DNA from: Phycisphaerales bacterium
GTDB taxonomy: Bacteria > Planctomycetota > Phycisphaerae > Phycisphaerales > UBA1924
Assembly (NCBI GenBank): GCA_021732675.1
Contig: JAKFUN010000002.1
Span: 1-44,235, forward strand
Length of the DNA: 44,235 nt
Reading direction: 5' to 3'
The notes under the pieces are model-generated. The model was not told the origin of the DNA. It ran no database searches and worked only from the letters and a program-made list of their open reading frames with translations. The position numbers and the translations under genes are program-made. Shown here piece after piece: positions 28,611 to 38,100 of this stretch; positions within the stretch are counted from its first letter, which is position 1; each line of letters starts with the position of its first letter.

Positions 28611-29300
28611 TCAGGCCCGGCGTCGGCGGGTCACGAGCAAGCCAGCAACCGCCATCGCCCCCAGCACCCCGGGCGCGGGGACCACAGCGCTCCCGAAGCG
28701 AAGATCATCCAGCAGCGCGGCCTGCTTGATGATCACCACCCGGGCGATCGGTGTGGCTGAGTAAAGCCCCGCAAAGCCATAGTCGGCCCGGGCGTTGCCC
28801 ACCGTCACACTGCCCGCGATGAACTGCGAGCCCCAGGCCAGACTCTCCAGAATGTTCCCCGCCGCGTCGTAGGCCGTGATGCTCGGGCCCACCGGATCCA
28901 GCCGCGAGTTGTTGGCGACGAAAAACCCGAAGGCCCGCACCGTGCCCGAAAAGCTCAAATCGACCGTCGACGCGAAAGAACTGGGGATGCCGATCGACCC
29001 CGAGCCCAGCGCGGCTTGTGCGCCGTCAAACGCGGCGTTCCCGTCGTTGACCCAGCGCAGGGGCGAGTTGAACGTCACGCCCAACGCCGCGTAGGAGTTG
29101 CTGGGCAGAACCTGGCTCTGGCCTTGGATCAGGCTGATGGCATTCCCCGCGCCGTCGGTCTCAAAGTTGATCAGCGTGTGGGGCGTTTCCGCAAAGTAAC
29201 TGACCGAGGTGATAATCCCGGCCTGAGCCAAGCCCGCCGGGGCGAGCAATAGACAACCAACACGGGCATACAGCCCGAGCGAACGACAAGTCTGCGACAT
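28611..29300 (-). CDS. PEP-CTERM-like (VPAPG) sorting-domain surface protein
   Basis: RBS GGGAG; signal peptide ending AQA; C-terminus VPAPGVLGAMAVAGLLVTRRRRA. Confidence 0.88.
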   Translation of the reverse strand: MSQTCRSLGLYARVGCLLLAPAGLAQAGIITSVSYFAETPHTLINFETDGAGNAISLIQGQSQVLPSNSYAALGVTFNSPLRWVNDGNAAFDGAQAALGSGSIGIPSSFASTVDLSFSGTVRAFGFFVANNSRLDPVGPSITAYDAAGNILESLAWGSQFIAGSVTVGNARADYGFAGLYSATPIARVVIIKQAALLDDLRFGSAVVPAPGVLGAMAVAGLLVTRRRRA

Positions 29301-29578
29301 ACGTGCTCCCTTCCCGAGTCTTTGGACGTTCCTGTCCCGCCGACGCCGGGCATGCGCCACCAGTCGTTACGCACGATGTGGCAACATGGATCCAGAATCG
29401 GCTTCACCTACAACATGCAGCATGCGCGAGGGACGGCAAGGAAAGCGGGAGGAATTGGCTCAAAAGAACCCAACCCCGCCCGCAAAGGCGGAACCATCGG
29501 GGATGCGACCAGTCCGATAGGGCACTGTTTCTGGCGGGTGACGCCCCACCAAAGGCCAAGTAAACTCCCGCGAGCTCG

Positions 29579-30730
29579 TCAGTTTGGCACGCTCGCAAAA
29601 CGCTCGCGCGCCAGCCCGAGAAACTGCAACGGGGCGTTGCACAGCACGTCAGCGACGCCCAACGGGCCCAGCTCGTTCGCCATGGACGCGACCAATGCGC
29701 CCGGGCGCTCTTCTCCGAGCGGAAACGGGTAATCGCTGCCCAGTGACACCCGCGCAGAGCCAAAGAGCTCGACCAGCTCGCGCAGCGTGGCGGCATCGTG
29801 CACCAGCGAATCGACGTAGACGCGGGCCGGGGTCGTCCCTTGGCGGAGATACTGGCGGGGATCCGCGGCTGCCTTAGGAAATAGGTCCGGCCGGCACGCC
29901 AACCCATGCGACAAACGCCCAAGCGTGCCCGGAAAACTCCCGCCCCCGTGCGCAAAACAAAGACGGAGTGTGGGCAGCCGATCCAGCACGCCGCCGAAGA
30001 TCACGCTCGCCATCGCGATCGTCGTCTCGGTGGGCATGCCCACCAGCCAGGGCATCCAGTAGCGCTGCATGCGATCCACATAGGACCCGTGCGGGCCCTT
30101 GCCAAACTGCACCATGTCCCACGGGTGAACAAACACACACGCTCCCAGCTTGGCGGCGTGGGCCAGCACCCGCTCCACCTCCGGGTCGTCCAGATTCGCG
30201 CCGTTCACGTTCGTGCCGATCTCCACCCCCGGCATGCCCAGTTCCTTCACGCAGCGATCAAGCTCCGCGCACGCCATGTCGGGGTCCTGCATCGGCAACG
30301 TACCCAGACCCACAAACCGCGTCGGCGCGGCTCGGCAAGTCTCGGCCAGATGGTCGTTCACCACGCGGGCCAGATCTCGCGCGTCGGCCGCCTTGGCCCA
30401 GTAACTGAACATCACCGGCACGGTGCTGAGCGCCTGCACGCGGATGCCCATTCCATCCATCTCGCGCTGCCGTACTGCCGGGTCCCAGCAGTTGGACTTG
30501 ATCTCTCGGAAGGCGGTATAGCCTCCCCCGGGCTCGGTGCGGATCATCTTGGCGCACCCCGGCTCCAGATGCGCCAACTCGATCCACCCCGCGTAGCCCG
30601 AGCGCTTGGTCCAACTGGGCCAGCGCTCGGGCAGCATGTGGGTGTGCAGATCGATCGCCGGGAAGCCCGGTGGAAGAACGCTCGCGGGCGAAGGGTTTGA
30701 CCGGGGCTGGTTGGCCTGGGCGTGGCTCAT
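29579..30730 (-). CDS. nbaD: 2-amino-3-carboxymuconate-6-semialdehyde decarboxylase (ACMSD, amidohydrolase 2)
   Basis: Motifs [43 protein letters not shown] and [14 protein letters not shown]-coupled to nbaC. Confidence 0.92.
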   Translation of the reverse strand: MSHAQANQPRSNPSPASVLPPGFPAIDLHTHMLPERWPSWTKRSGYAGWIELAHLEPGCAKMIRTEPGGGYTAFREIKSNCWDPAVRQREMDGMGIRVQALSTVPVMFSYWAKAADARDLARVVNDHLAETCRAAPTRFVGLGTLPMQDPDMACAELDRCVKELGMPGVEIGTNVNGANLDDPEVERVLAHAAKLGACVFVHPWDMVQFGKGPHGSYVDRMQRYWMPWLVGMPTETTIAMASVIFGGVLDRLPTLRLCFAHGGGSFPGTLGRLSHGLACRPDLFPKAAADPRQYLRQGTTPARVYVDSLVHDAATLRELVELFGSARVSLGSDYPFPLGEERPGALVASMANELGPLGVADVLCNAPLQFLGLARERFASVPN

Positions 30731-31416
30731 GACTTGGCGCCGGCCTTACGAGCCTGCTTTTTGGTTGTCCGCGGCGCCGGCTTTCGCGCGGGCTTGCCGG
30801 CGGCGCGTACGGTCTTGCCCTTGAGCGCGATCGCTCCGGCGCGCTCGATGACGGTGCCACACTGCTTGCAGGTACGGCGTTTGGCGTTTCCACCCCAGAA
30901 GTCTTCCATGACCCGCGCCAGATCCTCGTCGATCTTCATGAGCCGCCAGCGGGCCTCGTGCACGAGTTGGTCACACGTTGGGCAATACCAGCGCAGGGCA
31001 TCGAGCTGGCCTTTGGGCCTGGGAAACTCGATGATGAGCCCGACCGTCCCCGCCGGTCGCTGCGGGCGGTGCGGCACCCACCGATCCAGCATGAACAACT
31101 CCCCTTCCTTCACCACCACGTCGTGGGGCTTTGAACCATCCAGCGGGCGGATGCGCACCGCGATGTCGCCCTTCAACTGCAAAAACAACTCCTCGGTGGG
31201 GTTGACGTGGTAGTCGTTGCGGGTGTTGGGCCCCCCACTCACGAAGACGATGGCATCCGACGCGCCGACGAACAACTGCTTGTTGCTGACCGGGGGCTTC
31301 AGGTGTGCCTTGTTGGCTTTGATCCACCGGTCAAGGTGGAGAAGCGGGAATGTCAGGCCCCTCGGGGGGGCGACCTCGCGGGCTTTGGCTCGGTTCGATG
31401 TGGTTCGCTTGGACAT
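30727..31416 (-). CDS. nbaC: 3-hydroxyanthranilate 3,4-dioxygenase
   Basis: Motifs [32 protein letters not shown], and rubredoxin-like CPTC...CKQC. Start ATG 31416 or later. Confidence 0.93.
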   Translation of the reverse strand: MSKRTTSNRAKAREVAPPRGLTFPLLHLDRWIKANKAHLKPPVSNKQLFVGASDAIVFVSGGPNTRNDYHVNPTEELFLQLKGDIAVRIRPLDGSKPHDVVVKEGELFMLDRWVPHRPQRPAGTVGLIIEFPRPKGQLDALRWYCPTCDQLVHEARWRLMKIDEDLARVMEDFWGGNAKRRTCKQCGTVIERAGAIALKGKTVRAAGKPARKPAPRTTKKQARKAGAKS

Positions 31417-31526
31417 GTCAGAAGGATACCGAGCCGTCAACCTGTCGGGAGCGCCCCAAAGCCCGTATTGCGCGCCCATTTCGGGCTCTGGGCAGCTGTC
31501 TGTAACCCCCGGGGCCCGCGCGACGT

Positions 31527-31539
31527 CTAATCTGATTAG
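31527..31539. promoter_or_regulatory. 13-bp palindrome in a divergent promoter region
   Basis: CTAATC-T-GATTAG, AT-rich in a high-GC background, between nbaC and the ATP-grasp gene. Confidence 0.4.
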
Positions 31540-31544
31540 GTCTC

Positions 31545-32531
31545 ATGCGAAACGGGCCAAGCCAGGGCCCACTGGAGCTTCTTGTGCGGGCATACATCAT
31601 CAACGAACACCCGGACTGGATCGTCCCCCTGGGCAAGGCCCTGGAGGCTTCGGGCGTGCCCTGGGCGGAGTGGTACACCGACGCCGGGCGCCTGGCCCTC
31701 GACAAAGAACCCCCCGAGGGGATCTGGTTCAATCGCATGAGCGCGAGCTCGCACACGCGCGGGCATGTACACGCCGTGACGCACGCGCGGGAACTGGTCG
31801 GCTGGCTCGAGTCCCATGGGCGAAGGGTGCTGAATGGGACCCGGGCGCTGACACTAGAAATGTCCAAGTTGCAGCAGCACGCGGCGTTGAATGCCGCGGG
31901 CATTGCCACCCCCCGCACGCTGGCGGTAATCGGCGGGGCCAAGGAGATTCTCGCGGGTGCCCGCGAGGCCATTCCCGCCATCGGCACGCCGTTTATCTTG
32001 AAACCCAACCGCGGGGGCAAAGGACTCGGCGTGCGGCTGGTTTCCGAGCTCTCCCAGTTGGAGGCGTACCTCGCCAGCGCCGACCTGAGCGAATCACCCG
32101 ATGGGGTGTGGCTGATCCAGGAATACATCCGGGCGGCTGAGCCCTGCATCACCCGCTGCGAGTTCGTCGGGGGCGAGTTTGTCTACGCCATCCGCTCCAG
32201 CACCGCCGAGGGGTTTGAACTCTGCCCCGCTGACGGGTGCGGCACATGCAGCACCGCCGGGGCGAAGTTCTCGCTGCGGCACGGGTTTGACGACCCCATT
32301 CTCGACCAGTTGCGGGGGTTCATCGCGGGCCAGGGGCTGGACGTCTGCGGGATCGAGTTCATCGAGGACGCCTCGGGCAACAAGTTCGTCTACGACATCA
32401 ACGGCACCACCAACTACAACCCGGCGATCGAGGCCGACGCCGGCCAGGGCGGGGCGACTCAGCGACTGATGGCGCTCATGGCCCGGGAGCTGGCGGCGGC
32501 CTCCGAGCGATGTTCGGTGCCTCAGCCCTGA
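31545..32531 (+). CDS. RimK/glutathione-synthetase-like ATP-grasp ligase
   Basis: Motifs FNRMSASSHTRGH, LEMSK, ILKPNRGGKGLGVRL, IQEYI, FELCPAD and YDINGTTNYN. Confidence 0.85.
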   Translation: MRNGPSQGPLELLVRAYIINEHPDWIVPLGKALEASGVPWAEWYTDAGRLALDKEPPEGIWFNRMSASSHTRGHVHAVTHARELVGWLESHGRRVLNGTRALTLEMSKLQQHAALNAAGIATPRTLAVIGGAKEILAGAREAIPAIGTPFILKPNRGGKGLGVRLVSELSQLEAYLASADLSESPDGVWLIQEYIRAAEPCITRCEFVGGEFVYAIRSSTAEGFELCPADGCGTCSTAGAKFSLRHGFDDPILDQLRGFIAGQGLDVCGIEFIEDASGNKFVYDINGTTNYNPAIEADAGQGGATQRLMALMARELAAASERCSVPQP

Positions 32532-32672
32532 AGCGGCTTTGCATCTCAATCACGCATCTGACACCGAAACGGCCTTTATTTAGGAACAACGCCCCGGCGC
32601 AGCGTCGAGAGGTTCCTGCATCGCAGTGACCATCGCCGGCGCTTCGGGCTCGTGGGACTTCAAGGAACACAC

Positions 32673-33740
32673 ATGAGCACTCGCATCGGTTTGTGGCTTC
32701 CCATCTTCGGCGCCTGGCTTCGCAACGTCCCTGACGAGGGGATGGACTGGACCTTTGACTACAACAAGCAGGTGGCCCAGGCGGCTGATGACCTCGACTT
32801 TGAGACCCTGCTGGTGGCGGAGCTCAACCTCAACGACATTCGCGGGCATGATGCCCCGGTGCTGGAGTGCTGGACCACCATCGCGGCATTGGCGGCGGTG
32901 ACGAAGCGGATTCGCCTGATGGCCGCCATCCGCCCCGGCTTCCGGTTTCCCGGCATCGTCGCCAAGATGTCCGCCAACATCGACCACATCTCCAACGGTC
33001 GCTTCGAGCTCAACCTCGTCTCGGCGTGGTGGAAGGAAGAAATGGAGATGTACACCGGGGCGTGGCTGGACCACACCCAGCGCTACCAGCGCTCCGCCGA
33101 GTTCGCCCGGGTGCTCAAGGGCATGTGGTCGCAGGATGTCTTCAACCTCGACGGCACCTTTTACAAGAATCGCGGCGCCGTCCTCTCTCCCAAACCCGTG
33201 CAGAAGCCCGGCGTGCCCATCTGGGCGGGGGGCGAGTCCGACGAAGGGCGCGACATGATCGCCAACGAGTGCGACGGTTATCTGATGCACGGCGACACCC
33301 CCGAGGCCATTGGGGGCCTGATCGAGGACATGAAGCGCCGGCGTGACAAGGCCGGGCTCCCCCCCTTGAAGTTCGGCATGGCGGCGTACATGGTGTGCCG
33401 CGAGACGGAAGCCGAGGCCAAGAAAGAGTTCAGCCGCATCATCGATGTCCACGCCGACGCCAAGAGTTACGAAACGTACCAGGCGTTCGTCACTGGCTCC
33501 AAGCTGCGGACCAACATCAGCCTGGAGGATTACTCGGTGTCGAACCGGGGCCTGAGGCCGAAGTTCGTGGGCACGCCCACGCAGCTCGCGGAGCGAATCG
33601 GCGAGTACGAAAAGCTGGGGATCGACCTGGTGTTGGCCCAGTGCAGCCCGATGCACGAAGAGGTGCGCAACATCGGGGAACGTTTGCTGCCGCTGTTGCC
33701 CGGGCACGCGAACCAGCCGGCGATGGTGGCCGCGAAGTGA
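32673..33740 (+). CDS. Luciferase-like (LLM) FMNH2-dependent monooxygenase, SsuD/SfnG-like
   Basis: RBS AAGGA; motifs TTIAALAAVTKRIRLMAAIRPG, ANIDHISNGRFELNLVSAW, PIWAGGES and FVGTPTQLAERI. Confidence 0.88.
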   Translation: MSTRIGLWLPIFGAWLRNVPDEGMDWTFDYNKQVAQAADDLDFETLLVAELNLNDIRGHDAPVLECWTTIAALAAVTKRIRLMAAIRPGFRFPGIVAKMSANIDHISNGRFELNLVSAWWKEEMEMYTGAWLDHTQRYQRSAEFARVLKGMWSQDVFNLDGTFYKNRGAVLSPKPVQKPGVPIWAGGESDEGRDMIANECDGYLMHGDTPEAIGGLIEDMKRRRDKAGLPPLKFGMAAYMVCRETEAEAKKEFSRIIDVHADAKSYETYQAFVTGSKLRTNISLEDYSVSNRGLRPKFVGTPTQLAERIGEYEKLGIDLVLAQCSPMHEEVRNIGERLLPLLPGHANQPAMVAAK

Positions 33741-33920
33741 GATTTCGGTTGGCCTTGGAGTGCGAGGCGTGGCACCGAGGGCTGCGTTGAGTCCTCGGTG
33801 GCACGCGACGCACAGGCTTTGGGCCCCGAAATCTGTTGCTAACATTCCCAAGTACCCTGCTTCCCGGCTGGTGCCCTGCTGTGCGCGTGGGGCCTTGCGT
33901 CCGGGCCTGGAGATTCGGCG

Positions 33921-36065
33921 ATGAACAGGTTTTCTCGTGTCGGGGCGTTTGGTCTGCTGGTTGCGGCGTCGTATGCGTTCGGCGGGGATGTGCCGCTGAT
34001 CCCACGCGCGACCCTGTTCGGTAACCCGGATCGGGCGGGCGCCCAACTGAGCCCGGACGGAAAGTGGATCAGCTATCTGGCCCCGGTCGAGAACGTGATG
34101 AACGTGTGGGTGGCGCCCAGCGACGACATGAGCAAGGCCCAGGCGATTACCCGCGAGACCACCCGCGGCATCCGCAGGTATTCGTGGGCCCACGACAACC
34201 AGCACGTTCTCTACCTGCAGGATCAGGGCGGGGACGAAAACTGGAAGGTCTTTTCCGTCCCCGCGACCGGCGGCGTGGCCAAAGACCTCACCCCGTTCGA
34301 TGAGATCAAAGGTCCCGACGGCAATGCGATCATGCTCCCCAGCGGGAAGCCCCTTCGCCCCGCGGCGTTGCTGAATGACCCGAGCCCCAAGTTCCCCGAC
34401 AAGGTGCTCATCGGGCTGAACAACCGCAACCCGCAATATCACGATCTTTACGTGGTGGACATCAACACCGGGAAGATGGAGCTGCTTCGGCAGAACGATG
34501 AGTTCGTCGAGTTCGTCACCGACGACACTTTCAAGATCCGCCTGGCGCTCAAGCAAACCCCCGACGGCGGGCAGGCGATCTACAAGGCCGACGACGAGAG
34601 CGGCTTTGTGCCGTGGCAGACCGTGCCGATGGCCGACTCGCTGGCCACCTCGCCGCTGGGCTTCAGCGCCGACGGCGGGTCGGTGTACTTGAGCGACAGC
34701 CGCTCGACGGATACGTCGCAGCTCACGCTTGTCGATCTGGCGACCGACAAAGCCCAAGTCGTGGCCTCGAACCCCAAGGCGGATCTCGGGGCGATTCTGA
34801 TGCACCCGACCCGGAAAACGGTTCAGGCTGCGAGCTTCACCTATGACCGCACGCAGTGGATGGTCCTCGACAAGAGCATCCAGGCGGATCTGGACTATTT
34901 GAGGTCTTTGGATCAGGGCGAGATCGGCGTGCAGTCGCGCTCGCTGGATGACTCGAAGTGGATCGTGGGCTTCGCGCCGGCGGACGCGCCGGCGAAGGTG
35001 TACTTGTACGAACGCGACCCGGCCGGCGGCAAGCCCGGCAAGGCCAAGTTCCTGTACACCAATCGCAGCAAGCTCGAAGGCGCGACGCTGGCGCCGATGC
35101 ACTCGACGGTGATCAAGAGCCGCGATGGGCTGGATCTGGTTGCGTATGTCACGGTGCCGTCGGACCGGGCGGACCTGGGCGGGGTCATTGATACTGGCAA
35201 GGCCGACCCCAAGGCGACGGTCAAGCCCCTTCCCACCGTGCTTTTCGTGCACGGGGGTCCATGGGCCCGCGACACCTGGGGCTTCAACCCCTACCACCAG
35301 TGGCTGGCCAACCGTGGTTACGCGGTCATCAGCGTCAACTTTCGCGGGTCCACCGGCTTTGGCAAGAAGTTCCTCAACGCGGGCAACAAGGAATGGGGCG
35401 CCAAGATGCACGATGACCTGCTCGACACTGTCGACTGGGCCGTTAAGCTGGGCGTCTCGAACAAAGACAAGATCGCGATCATGGGGGGCTCGTACGGGGG
35501 CTACGCCACGCTCGCGGGGCTGACCTTCACCCCCGACACCTTCGCGTGCGGGGTGGACATCGTCGGCCCGAGCAACATCCTGACCTTGCTCAACAGCATC
35601 CCCCCCTACTGGGCGCCGCTGGTCGAGCAGTTCACCCAGCGGGTGGGCGACTTTCGCACCGAAGAGGGGAAAAAGTTCCTGGCCAGCCGCAGCCCGATCA
35701 ACTTTGTGGACAAGATCAAGAAGCCACTGCTGATCGGGCAGGGTGCCAACGACCCGCGCGTGAAGCAAGCCGAGGCGGACCAGATCGTCTCGGCGATGCA
35801 GAGCCGGAACATTCCGGTGACGTACGTGCTGTATCCAGACGAGGGACACGGGTTTGCTCGCCCGGCCAACAACCTCGCCTTCAACGCGGTGACCGAGGCG
35901 TTCCTGGCCCAGCACCTGGGCGGGCGCGCAGAGCCCATCGGCGACGACGTGCGGCAGAGCACCGCGCAGGTGCGGACCGGCGCGAGCCAGATTCCCGGAC
36001 TTTCGGAAAGCCTTGGGTCCCAGAACGCTGCACCCAAGCCAACCCCGGCTGCTCCTGAGAAATAG
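33921..36065 (+). CDS. Secreted S9-family dipeptidyl aminopeptidase/acylaminoacyl peptidase
   Basis: Signal peptide; LSPDGKWI propeller start; VHGGPWARD; catalytic GGSYGG, NDPRV and DEGHGF. Confidence 0.95.
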   Translation: MNRFSRVGAFGLLVAASYAFGGDVPLIPRATLFGNPDRAGAQLSPDGKWISYLAPVENVMNVWVAPSDDMSKAQAITRETTRGIRRYSWAHDNQHVLYLQDQGGDENWKVFSVPATGGVAKDLTPFDEIKGPDGNAIMLPSGKPLRPAALLNDPSPKFPDKVLIGLNNRNPQYHDLYVVDINTGKMELLRQNDEFVEFVTDDTFKIRLALKQTPDGGQAIYKADDESGFVPWQTVPMADSLATSPLGFSADGGSVYLSDSRSTDTSQLTLVDLATDKAQVVASNPKADLGAILMHPTRKTVQAASFTYDRTQWMVLDKSIQADLDYLRSLDQGEIGVQSRSLDDSKWIVGFAPADAPAKVYLYERDPAGGKPGKAKFLYTNRSKLEGATLAPMHSTVIKSRDGLDLVAYVTVPSDRADLGGVIDTGKADPKATVKPLPTVLFVHGGPWARDTWGFNPYHQWLANRGYAVISVNFRGSTGFGKKFLNAGNKEWGAKMHDDLLDTVDWAVKLGVSNKDKIAIMGGSYGGYATLAGLTFTPDTFACGVDIVGPSNILTLLNSIPPYWAPLVEQFTQRVGDFRTEEGKKFLASRSPINFVDKIKKPLLIGQGANDPRVKQAEADQIVSAMQSRNIPVTYVLYPDEGHGFARPANNLAFNAVTEAFLAQHLGGRAEPIGDDVRQSTAQVRTGASQIPGLSESLGSQNAAPKPTPAAPEK

Positions 36066-36134
36066 ATCCCGTGAACCGGTCGTCCGAGCCGTAAAGGCCG
36101 GTGGCGACTGAAACTGGTGCAGGCAACACCCAAA

Positions 36135-36167
36135 ACCGGCGTCCATCGAGGACGCCGGTGGTTTTTT
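36135..36167 (+). terminator. Intrinsic terminator after the S9 peptidase
   Basis: ACCGGCGTCC-atcga-GGACGCCGGT followed by GGTTTTTT. Confidence 0.85.
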
Positions 36168-36278
36168 GCACCCCCGCCCGCGCGGCTTCGAGTAAATCGC
36201 CCCCGGTTTCCCACCGTTCCAACAGGCGGGGAATCGGAAATCGATCAGAGCTCGCAGTTCCTGCGTGGAGCCCAGTCC

Positions 36279-37388
36279 GTGACTACTCGCGATTTTGGTC
36301 ATCGTGTACTCGTCGTGGACGACTCCGCGTTCATGCGCAAGGCCATTCCAATGCTGTTGGCGAAAGAGCCGGGGCTGGAAGTCGTGGGCGTGGCCCGCGA
36401 CGGGCAGGATGCGCTGGACAAGATCCGCGACTTGCAGCCCGATGTCGTCACTCTTGATATTGAGATGCCGGTCATGGATGGCCTCACCGCGCTTCCCAAA
36501 ATCATGGCGCTGCCCAGCTCGCGCCCGCTCGTGATTGTGTGCAGCACGCTGACCACCGACGGGAGCCAGGCGGCGCTCAAGGCGATGCGCCTGGGCGCGG
36601 TAGACTTCATCACCAAAGACCCGCAGGCGATCGGGGCCTCCAACGAGAGCTTTCGGCTGGACCTGATCGCCAAGCTCCGGGCGGTGTTAGAGCATCGCCC
36701 GCGCCGGGCACTGACGGCGTCTCCCGTGCGTCCCGGGCCAACCCCGGCCAAGACCGCCACGTTGCCGACCCAGGCGCCCAGCCACTTCACGCTTGGCACC
36801 CGGGCCTTTGGGCTAGTCCTGATCGGCTCGAGCACCGGGGGCCCGCCCATCCTCGAAACTGTCCTCAATGCCATCCCCGCCGACTTTGGGGCACCATTGG
36901 TGATCGCCCAACACATGCCCGCCCTCTTTACGGCCAGCCTGGCGGCGCGCCTGAACGAGCAGTGCAAGATCGCGGTGGAGCACGCCGACACCTCGCGTCC
37001 ACTGCGTGCGGGCGTGGCGTATGTGATTAAAGGCGGGATGCAAGGCGTGATTCGCCGGGGCAGTGGCTACCAGCTCGACATCACCGATCAGCCCCCGGAT
37101 GCGCTGTACAAGCCGAGCGTGGATGTGCTGCTGGCGTCGGCGGCTGCGCCGGCGGGCCGGGACGCACTGGGTGTGATCCTGACGGGAATGGGCGCCGACG
37201 GATCGCTGGGGGGAAGGCGCCTGCACAGCACTGGGGGCATGCTGATCGCGCAGGCGGCGGAGAGCTGCGCGGTCTACGGGATGCCCCGCGCGGCGTTCGA
37301 CGCGGGGATCACGTCGGCGATGCTGCTTCCAGCGCAGATCGGGCAGGCGCTGGCGACGATGCAGGCCTCCAAGCTGCGGGCCGCCTAG
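36279..37388 (+). CDS. cheB: Chemotaxis response-regulator methylesterase
   Basis: Receiver motifs VVDDSAFMR and LDIEMPVMDG; esterase motifs GSSTGGP, QHMP, KPSVD and LTGMGADG. GTG 36279 follows GGAG. Confidence 0.96.
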   Translation: MTTRDFGHRVLVVDDSAFMRKAIPMLLAKEPGLEVVGVARDGQDALDKIRDLQPDVVTLDIEMPVMDGLTALPKIMALPSSRPLVIVCSTLTTDGSQAALKAMRLGAVDFITKDPQAIGASNESFRLDLIAKLRAVLEHRPRRALTASPVRPGPTPAKTATLPTQAPSHFTLGTRAFGLVLIGSSTGGPPILETVLNAIPADFGAPLVIAQHMPALFTASLAARLNEQCKIAVEHADTSRPLRAGVAYVIKGGMQGVIRRGSGYQLDITDQPPDALYKPSVDVLLASAAAPAGRDALGVILTGMGADGSLGGRRLHSTGGMLIAQAAESCAVYGMPRAAFDAGITSAMLLPAQIGQALATMQASKLRAA

Positions 37389-37443
37389 CACCCGATTTGG
37401 GCGGAGCGACCGGCGCACACGGAACAGGGCGCATCAGAACGAA

Positions 37444-37471
37444 TGAATCAGGGGCGCGGCGGGGTCGATAG
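37444..37471 (+). promoter_or_regulatory. Possible sigma-28 (FliA) promoter upstream of cheW
   Basis: TGAA-N16-GTCGATAG compared with consensus TAAA-N15/16-GCCGATAA. Confidence 0.3.
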
Positions 37472-37540
37472 AGAGCGAGCGAAAAGCGGGACCAAGCCGG
37501 CGGGGGGGCCGTCGGGAGCCTGGCACACGGAGACAGAAGC

Positions 37541-38050
37541 ATGAGCACGACAAAGACGACCGACACCAACCAGCCCTTCGCGGGGCGGCAACTCCAACTC
37601 GTGACCTTTGATGTCGCGGGCGAGGAGTTCGCCGTTGACATCCTGGCGGTTCAAGAGATCAACCGCATGATGGAGCTGACGCGAGTGCCCCAGAGCCCGC
37701 CCGAGGTCGAGGGCGTGATCAATCTTCGCGGGAAGATCATTCCTGTGCTGGACCTGCGCAAGAAGTTCAACCTGCCGGCTGCGGCGAAGACCGAGACGAG
37801 CCGGATCGTGGTCATCGAGGTTCACAAGCGGGTGCTGGGGTTCATTGTGGACCGGGTACACGAGGTGCTTCGGATCAGCGGCGACATCGTGGAGCCGGCG
37901 CCTCCGATGGCGTGCTCGATCGACGCGGAGTTCATCGCCGGGGTGGGCAAACTGCCCGACCGGCTGTTGATTCTGCTGGACATCGACAAGCTCTTCAGCG
38001 CCGAAGCCGCCCACGCGGACGCCGCCACCAGCAAGCACAAAGCCGCCTGA
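37541..38050 (+). CDS. cheW: Chemotaxis coupling protein
   Basis: Motifs FAVDILAVQEI, GVINLRGKIIPVLDLR and GFIVDRVHEV. Confidence 0.96.
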   Translation: MSTTKTTDTNQPFAGRQLQLVTFDVAGEEFAVDILAVQEINRMMELTRVPQSPPEVEGVINLRGKIIPVLDLRKKFNLPAAAKTETSRIVVIEVHKRVLGFIVDRVHEVLRISGDIVEPAPPMACSIDAEFIAGVGKLPDRLLILLDIDKLFSAEAAHADAATSKHKAA

Positions 38051-38100
38051 TCCACCCGGGAAGCGCACACTGCGCTCTCCCAATCCCCAGAGAGGACGAC

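Noticed and set aside
29400-29578. Two hairpins (CCGCC-cgcaaa-GGCGG; CCATCGG...CCGATAGG) as a c-di-GMP riboswitch
   Set aside because: The resemblance is on the strand opposite both neighbouring genes and the conserved core is incomplete. An Infernal/Rfam scan would settle it.
32532-32672. Leader hairpin AGGAAC...GTTCCT before the LLM gene as a SAM-type riboswitch
   Set aside because: I could not match any SAM-I/II/IV or SAH consensus by eye, and the pairing is short.
36168-36278. Riboswitch or sigma-28 promoter upstream of cheB
   Set aside because: TAAA at 36193 is followed by only a poor -10 match (ACCGTTCC), and no aptamer core is seen.
32580-36302. 1240-aa minus-strand ORF
   Set aside because: It is an antisense shadow of the LLM and S9 genes in high-GC DNA, with no recognisable motifs.
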